Below are positions 19,480 to 36,557 of a DNA stretch of 64,000 bases, piece after piece. The stretch is taken from NCBI RefSeq assembly GCF_009914755.1, contig NC_060933.1; one strand, given 5' to 3'. Within the stretch, counting starts at the first letter, position 1. Each line of letters begins with the position of its first letter. The notes beneath the pieces are model-generated. The model was not told where the DNA came from. It was given only the letters and a program-made list of their open reading frames with translations, and did not search any database. Position numbers and translations under genes: made by a program. The DNA comes from the human T2T-CHM13v2.0 reference genome, Homo sapiens.

Positions 19480-20954
19480 CCCGCTCCCGCTCCCTCTCCC
19501 GCTCCCTCTCCCGCTCCCCCTCCTCCCTCTCCCTCTCCCTCTCCCTCTCCCTCTCCGTCTCCGTCTCCATGGTCTCCCTCTCCCCCTCTCTCCACGGTCT
19601 CCCTCTGATGCCTAGCCAAGGCGGACTGTGCCGCCACCATCTCGGCTCACTGCAACCTCCCTGCCTGATTCTCCTGCCTCAGCCTGCCGAGTGCCTGGGA
19701 TTGCAGGCGCGCGCCGCCACGCCTGACTGGTTTTTGTATTTTTTGGTGGAGACGGGGTTTCGCAGTGTTGGCCGGACTTGTCTCCAGCTCCTGACCGCGA
19801 GTGATCTGCCCGCCTCGGCCTCCCGAGGTGCCGGGATTGCAGACGGAGTCTCGCTCACTCAGTGCTCAATGTTGCCCAGGCTGGAGTGCAGTGGTGTGAT
19901 CTCGGCTCGCTACAACCTCCACCTCCCAGCCACCTGCTTTGGCCTCCCAAAGTGCCGAGATTGCAGCCTCTGCCCAGCAGCCACCCCGTCTGGGAAGTGA
20001 GGAGCATCTCTGCTTGGCCGCCCATCGTCTGGGATGTGAGGAGCCTCTCTGCCTGGCCGCCCAGTCTGGGAAGTGAGGAGCGTCTCTGCCCGGCCCCCCG
20101 TCGTCTGAGATGTGGGGAGCGCCTCTGCCCCGCCGCCCCGTCTGGGATGTGAGGAGCGCCTCTGCCCGGCCGCGACCCCGTCTGGGAACTGAGGAGTGTC
20201 TCTGCTCGACCGCCACCCCATCTGGGAGGTGAGCAGCGTCTCTGCCCGGCCGCCCCGTCTGAGAAGTGAGAAGCCCCTCCGCCCGGCAGCCGCCCCATCG
20301 GGGAAGTGAGGAGCCCCTCCGCCCGGCAGCCGCCCCGTCAGGGAAGTGAGGAGCGTCTCCGCCCGGCAGCCGCCCCATCCGGGAGGTTGGGGGGCGCCTC
20401 TGCCCGGCTGCCACCCCGTCTGGGAGGTGTACCCAACAGCTCATTGAGGGCGGGCCATGATGACGATGGCGGTTTTGTCAAATAGAAAAAGGGGGAAATG
20501 TGGGGAAAAGGAAGAGAAATCAGATTGTTACCGTGTCTGTGCGGAAATAAGTAGACATAGGAGACTCCATTTTGTTCTGTACTAAGAAAAATTCTTCTGC
20601 CTTGGGATGCTGTTAATCTATAACCTTACCCCCAACCCTGTGCTCTCTGAAACATGTGCTGTGTCCACTCAGGGTTAAATGGATTAAGGGCGGTGCAAGA
20701 TGTGCTTTTTTAAACAGATGCTTGAAGGCAGCATGCTCGTTAAGAGTCATCGCCACTCCCTAATCTCAAGTACCCAGGGACACAAACACTGCGGAAGGCC
20801 GCAGGGTCCTCTGCCTAGGAAAACCAGAGACCCTTGTTCACATGTTTATCTGCTGAGCTTCCCTCCACTATTGTCCTATGACCCTGCCAAATCCCCCTCT
20901 CCGAGAAACACCCAAGAATGATCAATAAATACTAAAAAAATAAAATAAAATAAA
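19480..20954 (+). mobile_element. Full-length SVA (probably an older A-C subfamily), antisense to TRPM6 in intron 3
   Basis: (CCCTCT/CCCGCT)n, antisense Alu-like region, GC-rich VNTR, SINE-R, AATAAA and A-tail; TSD ataaatgcataaaagtgt at 19462-79 and 20955-72. Confidence 0.97.
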
Positions 20955-21481
20955 ATAAATGCATAAAAGTGTTTTGAAAAGTAAAAACAATTTTTAAAAG
21001 ATAAATAAAGTATAGGAAACTTACCCTATCAGATATCAAGACATATATTACAAAACTATAATAATGAAACAGAGTGGCATTTGACAAGCATAGAAGTAGA
21101 TCAAAATACTGAAAAGAAAGCTCAGAAACAAAGCCATAGATGGATGGAAATGTGGTATATAACACAGACAGCATCAGAAATGAGTGAGACTAGGAGAGAC
21201 TGCTCAGTAACTCGTATTAGGACATTTGGCTCTCCCTATCAAAAAAATAAAACTAGTCTCATCTATGTGCAAAAATGACTAGTTTTTAACCATTTTTAAT
21301 TTCTGAGAGGTATAAAAGTAGATGCTTTTCCAATATGTTCACGTTAGTTGTCTCTGAAGGTTGTGGGGTTGAGATTTTGGAGGACATTGAGAAGGAGAGT
21401 TTCTAAAGAATATAGTAGAAACTAGGTAGAATATATGAGGTCTTTTCTTTTTATTATATTCTTATTTTGCTTTGCATTTTA

Positions 21482-21561
21482 TTAGGTTTATGCAAAATTA
21501 ATTGTGGTCTTCACCATTACTTTCAGTAGCAAACACCGCAATTACGTTTGCACCAAGCTAA
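21482..21561. mobile_element. Made1 mariner MITE (80-bp palindrome)
   Basis: ttaggtttatgcaaaattaattgtgg...ccgcaattacgtttgcaccaagctaa. Confidence 0.9.
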
Positions 21562-21726
21562 GAGCAAAATTTTAAATAATTACTAAAAGGAAAGAAAAAA
21601 ATTGAGGAAAAAGTGAGAGGTCAGCCAAGTAGAAATTCTTCCTCCAGCAACCTCCTCCTTCTTCTCGTTCCATATCTGTGGATGCTGGTTTCCTCTCCCC
21701 ATGATTTGCTAAACTGAGGGTTCCAA

Positions 21727-22051
21727 TTTTTTATTTTATTTTATTTTTTATTTGAGACAGGGTCTCACTCTGCCACCCAGGTGGGAGTGCAGTGGCGTAA
21801 TCACAGCTCACTGAAGCCTTGACCTCCCAAGTTCAAGCAATCCTCTCACCTCAGCTTTCCAAGTAGCTGAGTATACAGGCACACACCAACAAGTCCCGCT
21901 ACAATTTTTTGGGTTTTGTTTTTGCTTTTGTACGTCGAGACAGGGTTTTACCATGTTGTCCAAACTGGCCTCAAATCAGAGCTCAAGCAGTCCATCCACC
22001 TTGGCCTCCCAGAATCCTGGGATAACAGGTGTGAGTGACTGTGCCTAGTCC
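21727..22051 (-). mobile_element. AluJ-like
   Basis: Reverse Alu consensus. Confidence 0.9.
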
Positions 22052-22598
22052 CAAATGTTTTTTTCCAAGAATAAATTTAACTTTGGTTCAATCCATTATA
22101 TAAACTTCAGGCTATGATCAGAATTAAGAAAATTTCATTTCCTTCTACTTACAAAAGAGAAAGGTAAAAACGGTCACATAGTTTAAAATGCAAATCACTG
22201 TTAAAATTTGTATTGCACTAAACAGCTTTTTGCCCATAAGCTTAGTATGCATACAAGGCACCTGCAATTCATACATCAATTACAGTCCCGTATGCGCATG
22301 CAGCATCTTCATTATCCAAATGTGATCATAAAACTAAAATGTAATGCTTTACAAGTGTTTCCCTTGGTAGAAATTCTTGTCGAAGGCCCTTAGCCAATTT
22401 ACATGTCTCAGTAATTCAAGTAGTCTATTACGTTCGAATACTCACTCTCCATCAAAAACATCTTTTTAAAACTTCCCTTGGAAAGGTAAATGGCATGCAC
22501 CATTTACTGAGTACATTCAAGATATGAGGAAACTGTCCCAGTGAATTTTAAATAGGGTGCCTAAAAGCTAAAAGGAATCTTGCTTATCTAAGTCTTAC

Positions 22599-22637
22599 CT
22601 GATTAAATTCTGGCAGACTTGGCATACTGGAGTACAT
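22599..22637 (-). CDS. TRPM6: TRPM6 exon 3, (R)CTPVCQVCQNLI(R)
   Basis: atttag|ATGTACT...ATCAG|gtaaga; 39 nt, phase 2 to 2. Confidence 0.96.
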
Positions 22638-23228
22638 CTAAATTAAAGAAATAAAACCTCTGTTAGTTTGTTGGTGTATCTGAAAATACATTTAATGCTT
22701 GTACAGTAAATATCTATTATTTTCCATGATCTAGAAATCAAGGTTTGCTGAAATTCATATATCATGTTCCAAATATTCCATTATGGCATTTACCACATAT
22801 AATTACTGCAGCAACTGTGATCTAATTAATACAACATTCAGTTTAGAACCAAAATACCTCAATTTAAATCTCATTGATTTAACAATTACTCTAAGCCCCA
22901 GTTTTTATATCTGAAAATAATATCTGCTTCATAAGGTTATTAAAATAATTATCAGAGATAATAATATGTAATGTGTCTTATGGTACCTGGTAAAGACAGT
23001 GTGTACAATAATGGTAGCTACTATTATTATTAAACTATGAAGATAACACAGATTTCTTGAGAATCAAGAAAATAGATATATGTAAACCACTTTAAAACCA
23101 TAAAGCACTATCAAATAAGGGACATTTGGTATAATTACAAATTATCCTTTATTAATCTTTCTTTTTTATTATTCAGAAGAACCTTATAGATTTAGGGGTT
23201 AGCACTGTTGTCATCAGTTATATTTTTG

Positions 23229-23586
<358 letters not shown>

Positions 23587-24746
23587 TTAAAATAATGGAA
23601 GAAAAGGTAATGTTCCTAAAATAAGGGCCGCTCTAAGTTATTCAGAAACTAATATTCAGGACTTTTATTTCTTCCTGTCCCAGCCTTTTGGGAATGCCTT
23701 TTCTCAGAAGCTTTCCTTCAACAGTAAATTGAAAATGAGAAGGAAAAAGATGTTATAATCAAGTGTATCAGATTTGTTTCTTATTGGGAGCTACAAAAAT
23801 AATAAAACAAACTTTTATCGATATTTTAAAAAGTGAATTATCACCCACTTCCTGTGCACCAATAATGAAGAAAACTGCAAAAAAGCCTCAATTCTGAGAA
23901 TTTTACTAGGATCTAAAAAAAAGGCTGGCTAGAAGAAATAGCCATAATCATACCTTAACTTTTATCTACAATCCCACAATATAGAGACAGTTTTTTCACT
24001 TGCTAAAAGTACATCATGCCTTGGAACATTCATGGAATTACAATCGTTGATACTCTTCTTGAGTCTATGGGCTAGTAAAAGACTCAGTAATTTCATCACT
24101 TTTTTTTTGAGATTCAAGATTATTGTAAAAATGATTTTTTTATTCACAGACACAAAATGAGCCACCTGAATCAACTTGCATTCCATTGCAGTCACCACCA
24201 CATGATGTCATAAAAAATGAAGGGGAAAAACAAGGTTATCTTGGCATACTATAAACCTTTCTTAAGCAGGTAAAAAGAGAATTTCCAATCACAAGACTTA
24301 CAAATCATAGGTAATTCAATAAGGGTGGGACTAGTAAATATTTAACAAAGGCAAAGAACACTATTTCAGTCATCTCCAAAGAACTAGAATTTCAAAAACC
24401 TTACCTTGCTACCCTTCATAACACATAGTTATGAGTTCTAAACCTTAAAGGCATATAAGGACAAATGCCCAAAAAAATCTAAAAATAGGTTGGTTCCTTT
24501 ACTTAAAATATTACTCTTCTATTTTCCTTTTAATTAATTTTTCCAAGGGCAATGTCAATCTTAATTTCACAGACCTGATTACCCAGAGGAATTTTCCATA
24601 GCCCTTTCTTCCCCTATCTTTCACTAGTTGCTTTTTTGACCTTTGTTTTACAAGTAGAGCTTCCAAAGCATTGTCAAGAACTCAGTAGTCAAACTCAAAT
24701 TATTCCATTCTGCTACCGATTATCTGCTCAATCCAAAAGCCTATGG

Positions 24747-24848
24747 GCGCTCACTTCGGTAGCACACATATTAAAATTGGAATGATACAGAGAAGATTAG
24801 CATGGCCCCTGCTCAAGGATGACATGCAAATTCATAAAGCATTCCATA
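24747..24848 (+). pseudogene. U6 snRNA retropseudogene, near full length
   Basis: U6 match including ACAGAGA box and gcatggcccctg; A-tail; TSD aaagcctatgg (24736-46) / aaagtctatgg (24854-64). Confidence 0.95.
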
Positions 24849-25184
24849 AAAATAAAGTCTATGGAAGGAAAACGGAACTGAAATTACCTGTTCATCTAAT
24901 CTGGGCACAGTGTACTTAAATATACCAGTCACTATTTTCCACAGATACTTTAGTTGGGGATAAGAAACATTCACAATATTTTGAATATTCAGTATTCAGA
25001 AAATGTAATTTATTGATTCCAACCCACTGAAATGGATGTAACACTAGATATTTCTGTAACGTCTATCCTCCCATCAAGAGGAACAGAAGAATCAAGTAGA
25101 ATGAAATCCACGACAATATTAACAGTGACGGCATTAAGAATAACTTCTTTGTACTTCATTAAATTCCTTAAACAGATATTTATC

Positions 25185-25495
<311 letters not shown>

Positions 25496-25754
25496 TTATC
25501 AAGAGCCTACTATGTGGCAGGCACTGTCACAGACACTGGAGTAAGAGTAAGGTAAAAATGGACAAGGTCCCTGTTCTTCCCAGATTTTCTACAATAATCA
25601 TGTATTATTTTTATAAAGTGAAAGAAATAAACATTGAAAATTCTAACTTTATAGATATGATCAAAACTTCTAAACAAGTCATATTTCTAAGTTTCTATAA
25701 ATAGTCCATCAGGTAGTGTTGCTTTTAAAAGAAGAAGGTAATTGAAAATTTTAC

Positions 25755-25834
25755 CTGTGAGGATTTTTTGAGCTGGGTATGATTGTGCTACATTCTCTCT
25801 TGTCAAATACTCCTTTAATCCAGGATTTCTGGGA
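25755..25834 (-). CDS. TRPM6: TRPM6 exon 2, SQKSWIKGVFDKRECSTIIPSSKNPH(R)
   Basis: tttttag|TCCCAG...CACAG|gtaaaa; 80 nt, phase 0 to 2. Confidence 0.97.
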
Positions 25835-26515
25835 CTAAAAAGAAAGTGTCATTATTTTATACTCTAATTATGTGACAAAACAATGTAACCATAGTAGTTC
25901 CTGCAGGTAAGAAATACTCAAGTATCATGAATGCTAATTAAAATGCCAAGACCAACCCCACACAGGCTAAGCATTTACCAGTTTCTATTACAGATAACAT
26001 AGGCACAAATAAGCCAAATGTGAACATTAAACGACACGCAAAGTGAATATGCCCATAATCTCACTTTGAGTAACAAAAGCCCTACATGAACAAACCCCTA
26101 GCAAGGAAGTAAAGATGTAACTGATATATCCTCTTAAATCTGCCAAAAGTCACTTTTATATCTTGTACCATAATCCTATGGAATAAATACCAAGCTCCCG
26201 AAACTTCAAAATTTTTACCCATCAAGTCCCACTTTGGCTAAGATTTCACAGGAAGCTGGAAAGAGTGTCAGAGAAGAGATGTGACTCAGCAAGATTCGAT
26301 ACACATTCTGCAAGCATAGTTTTACCATTGGGTGTGTTGTTTCAGGTTGCACAGCCTAGAACTGTCCCTAAATCCAAGTGAGATGTTGATACTCACTCTT
26401 CCTCCTAATAAACTCTCTCCCATTCTACAGAATCCATATCATAGCCAAGCTCCTCCATAAGCTATATTACAAGTCCAGTGGCAGAGGACACTGGATGGAC
26501 TATACATCCCAGCTA

Positions 26516-26912
<397 letters not shown>

Positions 26913-27406
26913 TTAGAACAGAGATGAAAGGAAGGCTTTCTAAAAGGGAGCTTTTTCAAACTCCACGTCAGTGCAGTCCCCACCTCACTCATATCTACTC
27001 CCATTCTACTGTGGAAGGAAATGCACTGGGCCAGAAAATATGCTACAAATCCAGCTGTGGTACCTCATTATCACACTATCCTCAAAAAAAGCTCAGTGGA
27101 TCTTGTCCAACATGCACCAATCCTAAACGTAAGTGTTCATCACTGAACAGAACTGTAGATAATGGAAGTCCAGACTTTTTTAAGTAAAATAGAAAGGAGA
27201 AAAACAGAGATTAGTTGATGGGTTCCTGTGTATTTAAATCTTACCTATAAACAAGGAAAACTTCCCAGATCAAGGCCAGAGTCATCTTAAATCATTTTAC
27301 TCTCTTATTCTTTTTGCATGCTCAGCAGCATTTTCTATGTATTAAAAGACATTCACTAAATTGGCAAAACACTAAAAAACTTGGGAAAACCCAGTCATAC
27401 AATGTA

Positions 27407-27745
27407 ATTATTTATTTATTTATTTATTTTTATTTTTTTATTTTTTTTGAGACGGAGTCTTGCTCTGTTGCCCAGGCATTCCAGCCTGGCTCACTGCAAT
27501 CTGGCGCAATCTCGGCTCACTGAAACCACTGCCTCTAGGTTTCAAGCGATTCTCCTGCCTCAGCCTCCTGAGTAGGTGGGATGATAGGCATGCACCAGCA
27601 TGCCTGGCTAATTTTTGTATTTTTAGTAGCAACAGGGTTTCACCACGTTGGTCAGACTGGTCTCAAACTCCTGAACTCAAGTTGTCTGCTTGCCTTGGCC
27701 TCCCAAAGTGCTGGGATAACAGGCATGAGCCACCACACCCAACCC
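27407..27745 (-). mobile_element. Alu with an internal micro-rearrangement
   Basis: Reverse Alu consensus, anomalous at 27478-27501. Confidence 0.92.
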
Positions 27746-27802
27746 AGAATCACAGAATTTAAAAGGAACTAAATGAACAGGGAATTCAAAATCTATATTT
27801 CA

Positions 27803-28133
<331 letters not shown>

Positions 28134-29664
28134 AAATGACACTATCTTTTTGAATCAGTCAGCCCTGTCCCCTATTCAAAAACGTTAACAATTTCATTTA
28201 TTCATTCTCCAAACATTTATTAAATACCTAATTTTTGCAAAGCACTGACAAACATGTTACAAAAAGTCAGTATGTCCTCAAAGAATTCTTCATTCTGAAT
28301 TTCAAAATACCTGAATCTATGAATTCATTCAACAAATATTTTGAATAGGCCCCCACGCTGCATGCTGGGACTTCTATTGCAAACGAGACAAAGTTCCTGC
28401 TCTCAAGGAAGTTAGAATAAAAAGGAGGAAACAGATAAGAAACTGATATCATTAAACTTTATGTGCACCAATTAACTATTTTTTTAATTTTTTGTATTTT
28501 TCATGCCTCTGGGACAAGTTCAAGGCCAATTAACTATTAAAAACAGATGCTAAAAGGGTATCTAATGTAGAAGCCTGTATAGACAAAATAGGCAAGCTGT
28601 GCTCAACCATTCACTTCTTTCAAAATGCTGAATGGCAGCTTTGTAGTAGGACTACCTGAACAAATTATTCGATTTCTTCATGCCTGTTTGTCTATCAAAA
28701 TGGGGATAATAATAGTACCTCATAGAACTATTGAAAGGATTAGATAAAGGTTTAGAATTCTTCCTGGGACTTATTAAGTCTGAATAAAGCTCAGGTATTA
28801 TTACTAGCAATATTAAAAGTAAAAACTGGCTTTGGGTTAATGGTCTGGGAACTTAACTTTGATGTATTTTTTTTTTCATAGAATAATGCCTCCTGACCTC
28901 CAAATTTCCCTCACAGTTCCTCTCATACTATGATTTAATGACCTTTACAGGCTCACATCTTCCCTGGACTCCAACTCCTATAGGCCCCATGCCAGTCATT
29001 TCTATTGCCCCAGGGCCTAACCCAATGATTGTTGAATGAGCAACAAACATGCTGAAAATAGAACTTCAGGAACCCATGTATACTATTTTCCCTCCAAAGG
29101 TGTAAACAGGAAGCCCGTGTCATAACAAGAATGTGGAAACTTTCCTCCTTCAACTCCGGTTATCTTATCTCAAAACTACCAGAAAAAAAAAAAAAAAAAA
29201 AAAAGCAGCCTTTAGCTTGAAAATGTTTCAAATAATTCTCAATTTAGAACTTTACTTCCCACCCTGCCAACCTCGTAATAGTTCCTTTGCAATATACTCT
29301 CCAGCACACTTCCGAGAGGCCTCCATGTTCAGTTCAACAGAGAACCAAATGTTTGTTGGTTCTGATAGGACAAACACCAAGTGTGCTAGCTTCTGCCACT
29401 AGAGCAGCAAATTTGTTGTGGTCGTGGTAGTTGAGAGTAAGGATTTTGACATTTCTGCAGCTATCATGGCAGTCTTCATCGACTGGATGTTTTTTGCTTT
29501 TTAATTGTTGTAATTTAGGGGAGGGAAAGGCAAAGGAGAAAGAAGGGAAATGGTGTGTTGGTCTCAATTTGTGTCATCCTAAAACATAATCAGATTTTAT
29601 ATCTAATCTTTGGCCTGAGGTCAGGCTGGGGAATTGCAAAGAAATGTTCACAGACTAACATAGT

Positions 29665-30574
<910 letters not shown>

Positions 30575-30677
30575 ATTTCCACTTTATGGCTTTTTAGGGT
30601 TCCCAGATAAATTATCTTGGGGTACTCTCTGAGAAGGCATAATTTCACAGATGTTCCTTAATCTTCAAAAAAGTGAC

Positions 30678-31042
<365 letters not shown>

Positions 31043-31877
31043 TCATTTGTTTTCTTTCTACAACTTTTTTGCACCTTAAAAAAAATCTATCATCTAACAA
31101 CTACTTCTTCAGTGGAACTGATAACTGACTCCGATTTTGATTTCCTGCATTCTCTCTTACACACATCACAGCACTAACAATGTTTACTTGCATTCACTGG
31201 ACCATCTCTCTCTCTCTCTTAACCTTATTGTAATCCACTTCAAAAGAGAGCATTATTTTATTTATCTTGGAATTCACAACACTAGAATGGGTCAAATAGA
31301 CAATATTTTCAGACTCCAGATCAACATTTGTTATTTTTTCTTCAGAGTGCCTCCCTTGAAGCAAGAATCCCTTCAAAGTGCCAGGTAGATGGACATCAGG
31401 ATGTACCATCAATCAATCTGTTGGCTCAGGGAATCCATCAGTGCAAAGCCAGCCCATCCACTTTCAAGTGTCAGCTCAGGGCCTTCTATCTGTCCAAATT
31501 CTGCAAGGATACCTACCTGACACTTGATCCGAGAGGGGCAGTCTCAGAAAAACAGCATCCAGGCTAAAAATATCTAAAAACCAAGTTCCTGTTCCACCAA
31601 CACTACCAGAAAGTGTGTTGACTGATTTTCCACTAAATAGTCTGTCCAGGAGGCAGAGAACACAAAGTAACCTTACACCTTCATCTCACTTTGGTGGTAA
31701 AAGGTGAGCACTATTTAGCTGGTAGTAATTTATTTTTGGTAACATCTCTAAAAATTGAATGTCAACTAAATAATTCACAATTCCCTAAAACGCCATTTCT
31801 CCTGAGTAGTTGAGAAATTTTACTAACATTTTCACATAGTGCTTTGCTAAGCAAAGGCATTTAGAACCTTGGAATGA

Positions 31878-32183
<306 letters not shown>

Positions 32184-32850
32184 TCAGAATGAATTTCTAG
32201 ATTATATAAACTCAAGAGTTAAGGAGTAAAACATTTATAAATCTTCCTGGAGCCAAATAGGGGATTAGAGGAACTCAACAGTAACCTTCCAAGTAAAGTG
32301 CATCAGAAAGGTGAAAAGTGAAGTGATATCATACCCCTTCCTTCCTCTTTCCAAATTGGTTGAAGCCCTCATTATTTCAGCCCCAAAACCCAATTTCAAA
32401 ATAGCAGCGAAAGACATCCTTTTCCTCAGTTGTCACTCACGCTTCAGGGTTTAACCAGTCTCCTGGGGAATAAAACATGCAAATGAAACATTTATAATTT
32501 CAGATCTTGTTAAATCATTCTGATAAAAAGGGAAGAGGAAATGGAAGTCTCCTTTATGAGTGTACTTTACAACTGTCCCTCGATAGTAAAATACAGAGAT
32601 TTAACCAAATGCTGGGCCTATTTGTAGTACAACCACTCTAATCTGGTTAGATTTTCCACCTACATGCACTCAATTCTCTCCAATTTCCAAGCTCCAAAAT
32701 GCTCACAAATTTGTTATCTATGTACACAGATGGTCTTCATTTATGCTCCAAATATCTTGTTAAATTATCCAAAACTTTACTAGTACTACATGCAAATAAA
32801 CTACATGACCTAAAATAAAGTCTTTTTTGGAGTGGCTCATGAAACTATGC

Positions 32851-33020
32851 TTTTATTTTTGTTTTAATACAGAGTCTTGCTATGTTGCCCAGGCTGAAGT
32901 GCAGTGGCTATTCACAGGCGTGAGCACAGCACACTGTGGCCTTGAACTCCTAGGATCAAGTGATATTCCTGCCTCAGCCCCCTGAGAATCTGGGACTACA
33001 GATATGTACCACCATGACTG
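32851..33020 (-). mobile_element. FAM (7SL-like fossil Alu monomer)
   Basis: 7SL-type gtggctattcacaggcg. Confidence 0.8.
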
Positions 33021-33105
33021 GGGAAAATATACTGTTAAATAATTGACTTTTAGGAAACTTACCAACCTCTCAGACAATAAAGCCTTTATTAGAAGTTACA
33101 TGTTT

Positions 33106-33245
33106 GGCCAGGCATGGTGGCTCACGCCTAGAATCCCAGCACTTTGGGAGGCCATGGCTAGAGAATCATTGAGCCCAGGAGATCAAGGCCAGCCTGGGCA
33201 ACATATCGAGACCCCGTGTCTACGTCCAATAATATAAAAAATAGA
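33106..33245 (+). mobile_element. FLAM monomer
   Basis: Left-arm consensus; TSD agaagttaca(t/g)gtt. Confidence 0.85.
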
Positions 33246-33544
33246 AACATTTTTAAAAAGAAGTTACAGGTTAAATTTTATTTATGACATTCATAGTAAG
33301 GTTTATATAGACAATGGAGATTATTTGTCTTATTTTTTTCAGTATAGCACAGCACAAAGAAGACACAACTGGATTTTGCTCCTTAAAATTTGGGGGACAC
33401 TCATACCACGTGTGTAACTTAGACAAATTCAAAAGCTTTGCTAAAAGAATGAGAGAAGGCTAGAAGGTGAAAAATAAGACAGAGAGAAAAACAGTTTTAA
33501 TAGTGTGGGCAGTTTCACTGTCATTCCACTATCAGTAGGTTTGA

Positions 33545-34459
<915 letters not shown>

Positions 34460-34958
34460 ACACAAGTGACTGTGTGTAGACACTAGAGTGGAGTCTGTGA
34501 GAGCAAGAATATACCATTCCCCAGATGGTCTCAGTTCCCACATGCATATCTTAGTCTGCATACCTCATCTTAATGAGTAGATTCTAGATCCCCTGTTTAA
34601 TCTGGTACTCAACTGAAGAAAGTTCCAACACAAGATAAAATCTTCATGTACTGTATTTTATGCTCAATGAAAGGGACTTTTCAAGGGTAGTTTGGAATGC
34701 ATTCAATTTCTAAACTTACAGCCAACTTTAATGCCTACCACACCCACCCTCCAGAAGATGTCGTTAAATTCAGTGACCTTGGGAAGCTTGCGAAGTGTGG
34801 AACCAGCCCTTTACAATCCATAGGCAGGATACATCCTATCAGTTTATCCACCTCTTTTAAAACATTGAAACCTCGAAAGGAAGAAACAAATGAAAAGAAA
34901 AATTGATACCTCTAAGAATAATAGGTTTATTCATTCATTTAAAAAAAAATACTTTGAT

Positions 34959-35646
<688 letters not shown>

Positions 35647-36290
35647 TTATGTTAACAAATGGATACTAAGTAAGGAAGTGGGTCATAAATGTTACAATCG
35701 TAGGCAACAGGACACTAGTGAAGGAGAAATTCCTTCTGCCTGTAGATACTTGAGATGTTTTCATGGAAGACATGGAATTTATGAAAGTTCTTGAAAGACA
35801 ACAAAGGTTTTAAAAGGTGGCGAGGGTGTCCATGGTGGTTAGAAACGTGGAGATTTCAGCCTAGAGGAAAATTTAGAAGAGGTTCACTTTAAGGTGATGA
35901 CAAAAGCCATGAGGTCACTGAAGGACAGATAATAGAGACGATCAAAGGGTCAAGAACTTTCAGAAACATCTAAACAAGGATGCAGAAGAAAGAGTTTGGG
36001 GGATAGAGAATAGAGACTTACTAGCCAGGATGGTGGTTTGATACCTGAATTAGGGAAGGGAGACAGTTTCTCAGTTTAGTAAAATGTTTGCATCATTATC
36101 AAAGTAGAAAATTTCAAAGAAAAACTGATAAGACATACTTAATACTAAAAAGAAGATAAGAAGAATGGCAATTTTGTCCACGATGAACAAATCAATTTCA
36201 AGAGATTCAGGAAAAAGGTTGTAAAACAGAGGAGATAGGTAGTTAGTGTAAGATTCTCTTGGGAGAAGCAATACTAAAAACAACAGTCAG

Positions 36291-36557
36291 GGCCGGCCTG
36301 TAATCCCAGCACTTTGGGAGGCCGAGGCAGGCAGATCACAAGGTCAGGAGATCGAGACCATCCTGACTAACATGGTGAAACCCCGTCACTACTAAAAATA
36401 CAAAAAATTAGCCAGGCATGGTGGCACGCACCTGTAGTCCCAGCTACTCGGGAAGCTGAGGCAGGAGAATCACTTGAACCCAGGAGGCGGAGGTAACGCC
36501 ACTGCACTCCAGCCTGGGCAACAGAGCGAGACTCCATCTCAAAAAAAAAAAAAAAAG
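36291..36557 (+). mobile_element. Alu with two small internal deletions
   Basis: ggccggcctgtaatc and ggaggtaacgccactg junctions. Confidence 0.9.

Noticed and set aside
19985-20430. GC-rich ~40-bp repeat array resembling a CRISPR array
   Set aside because: It is the SVA VNTR; no unique spacers, no cas genes, human DNA
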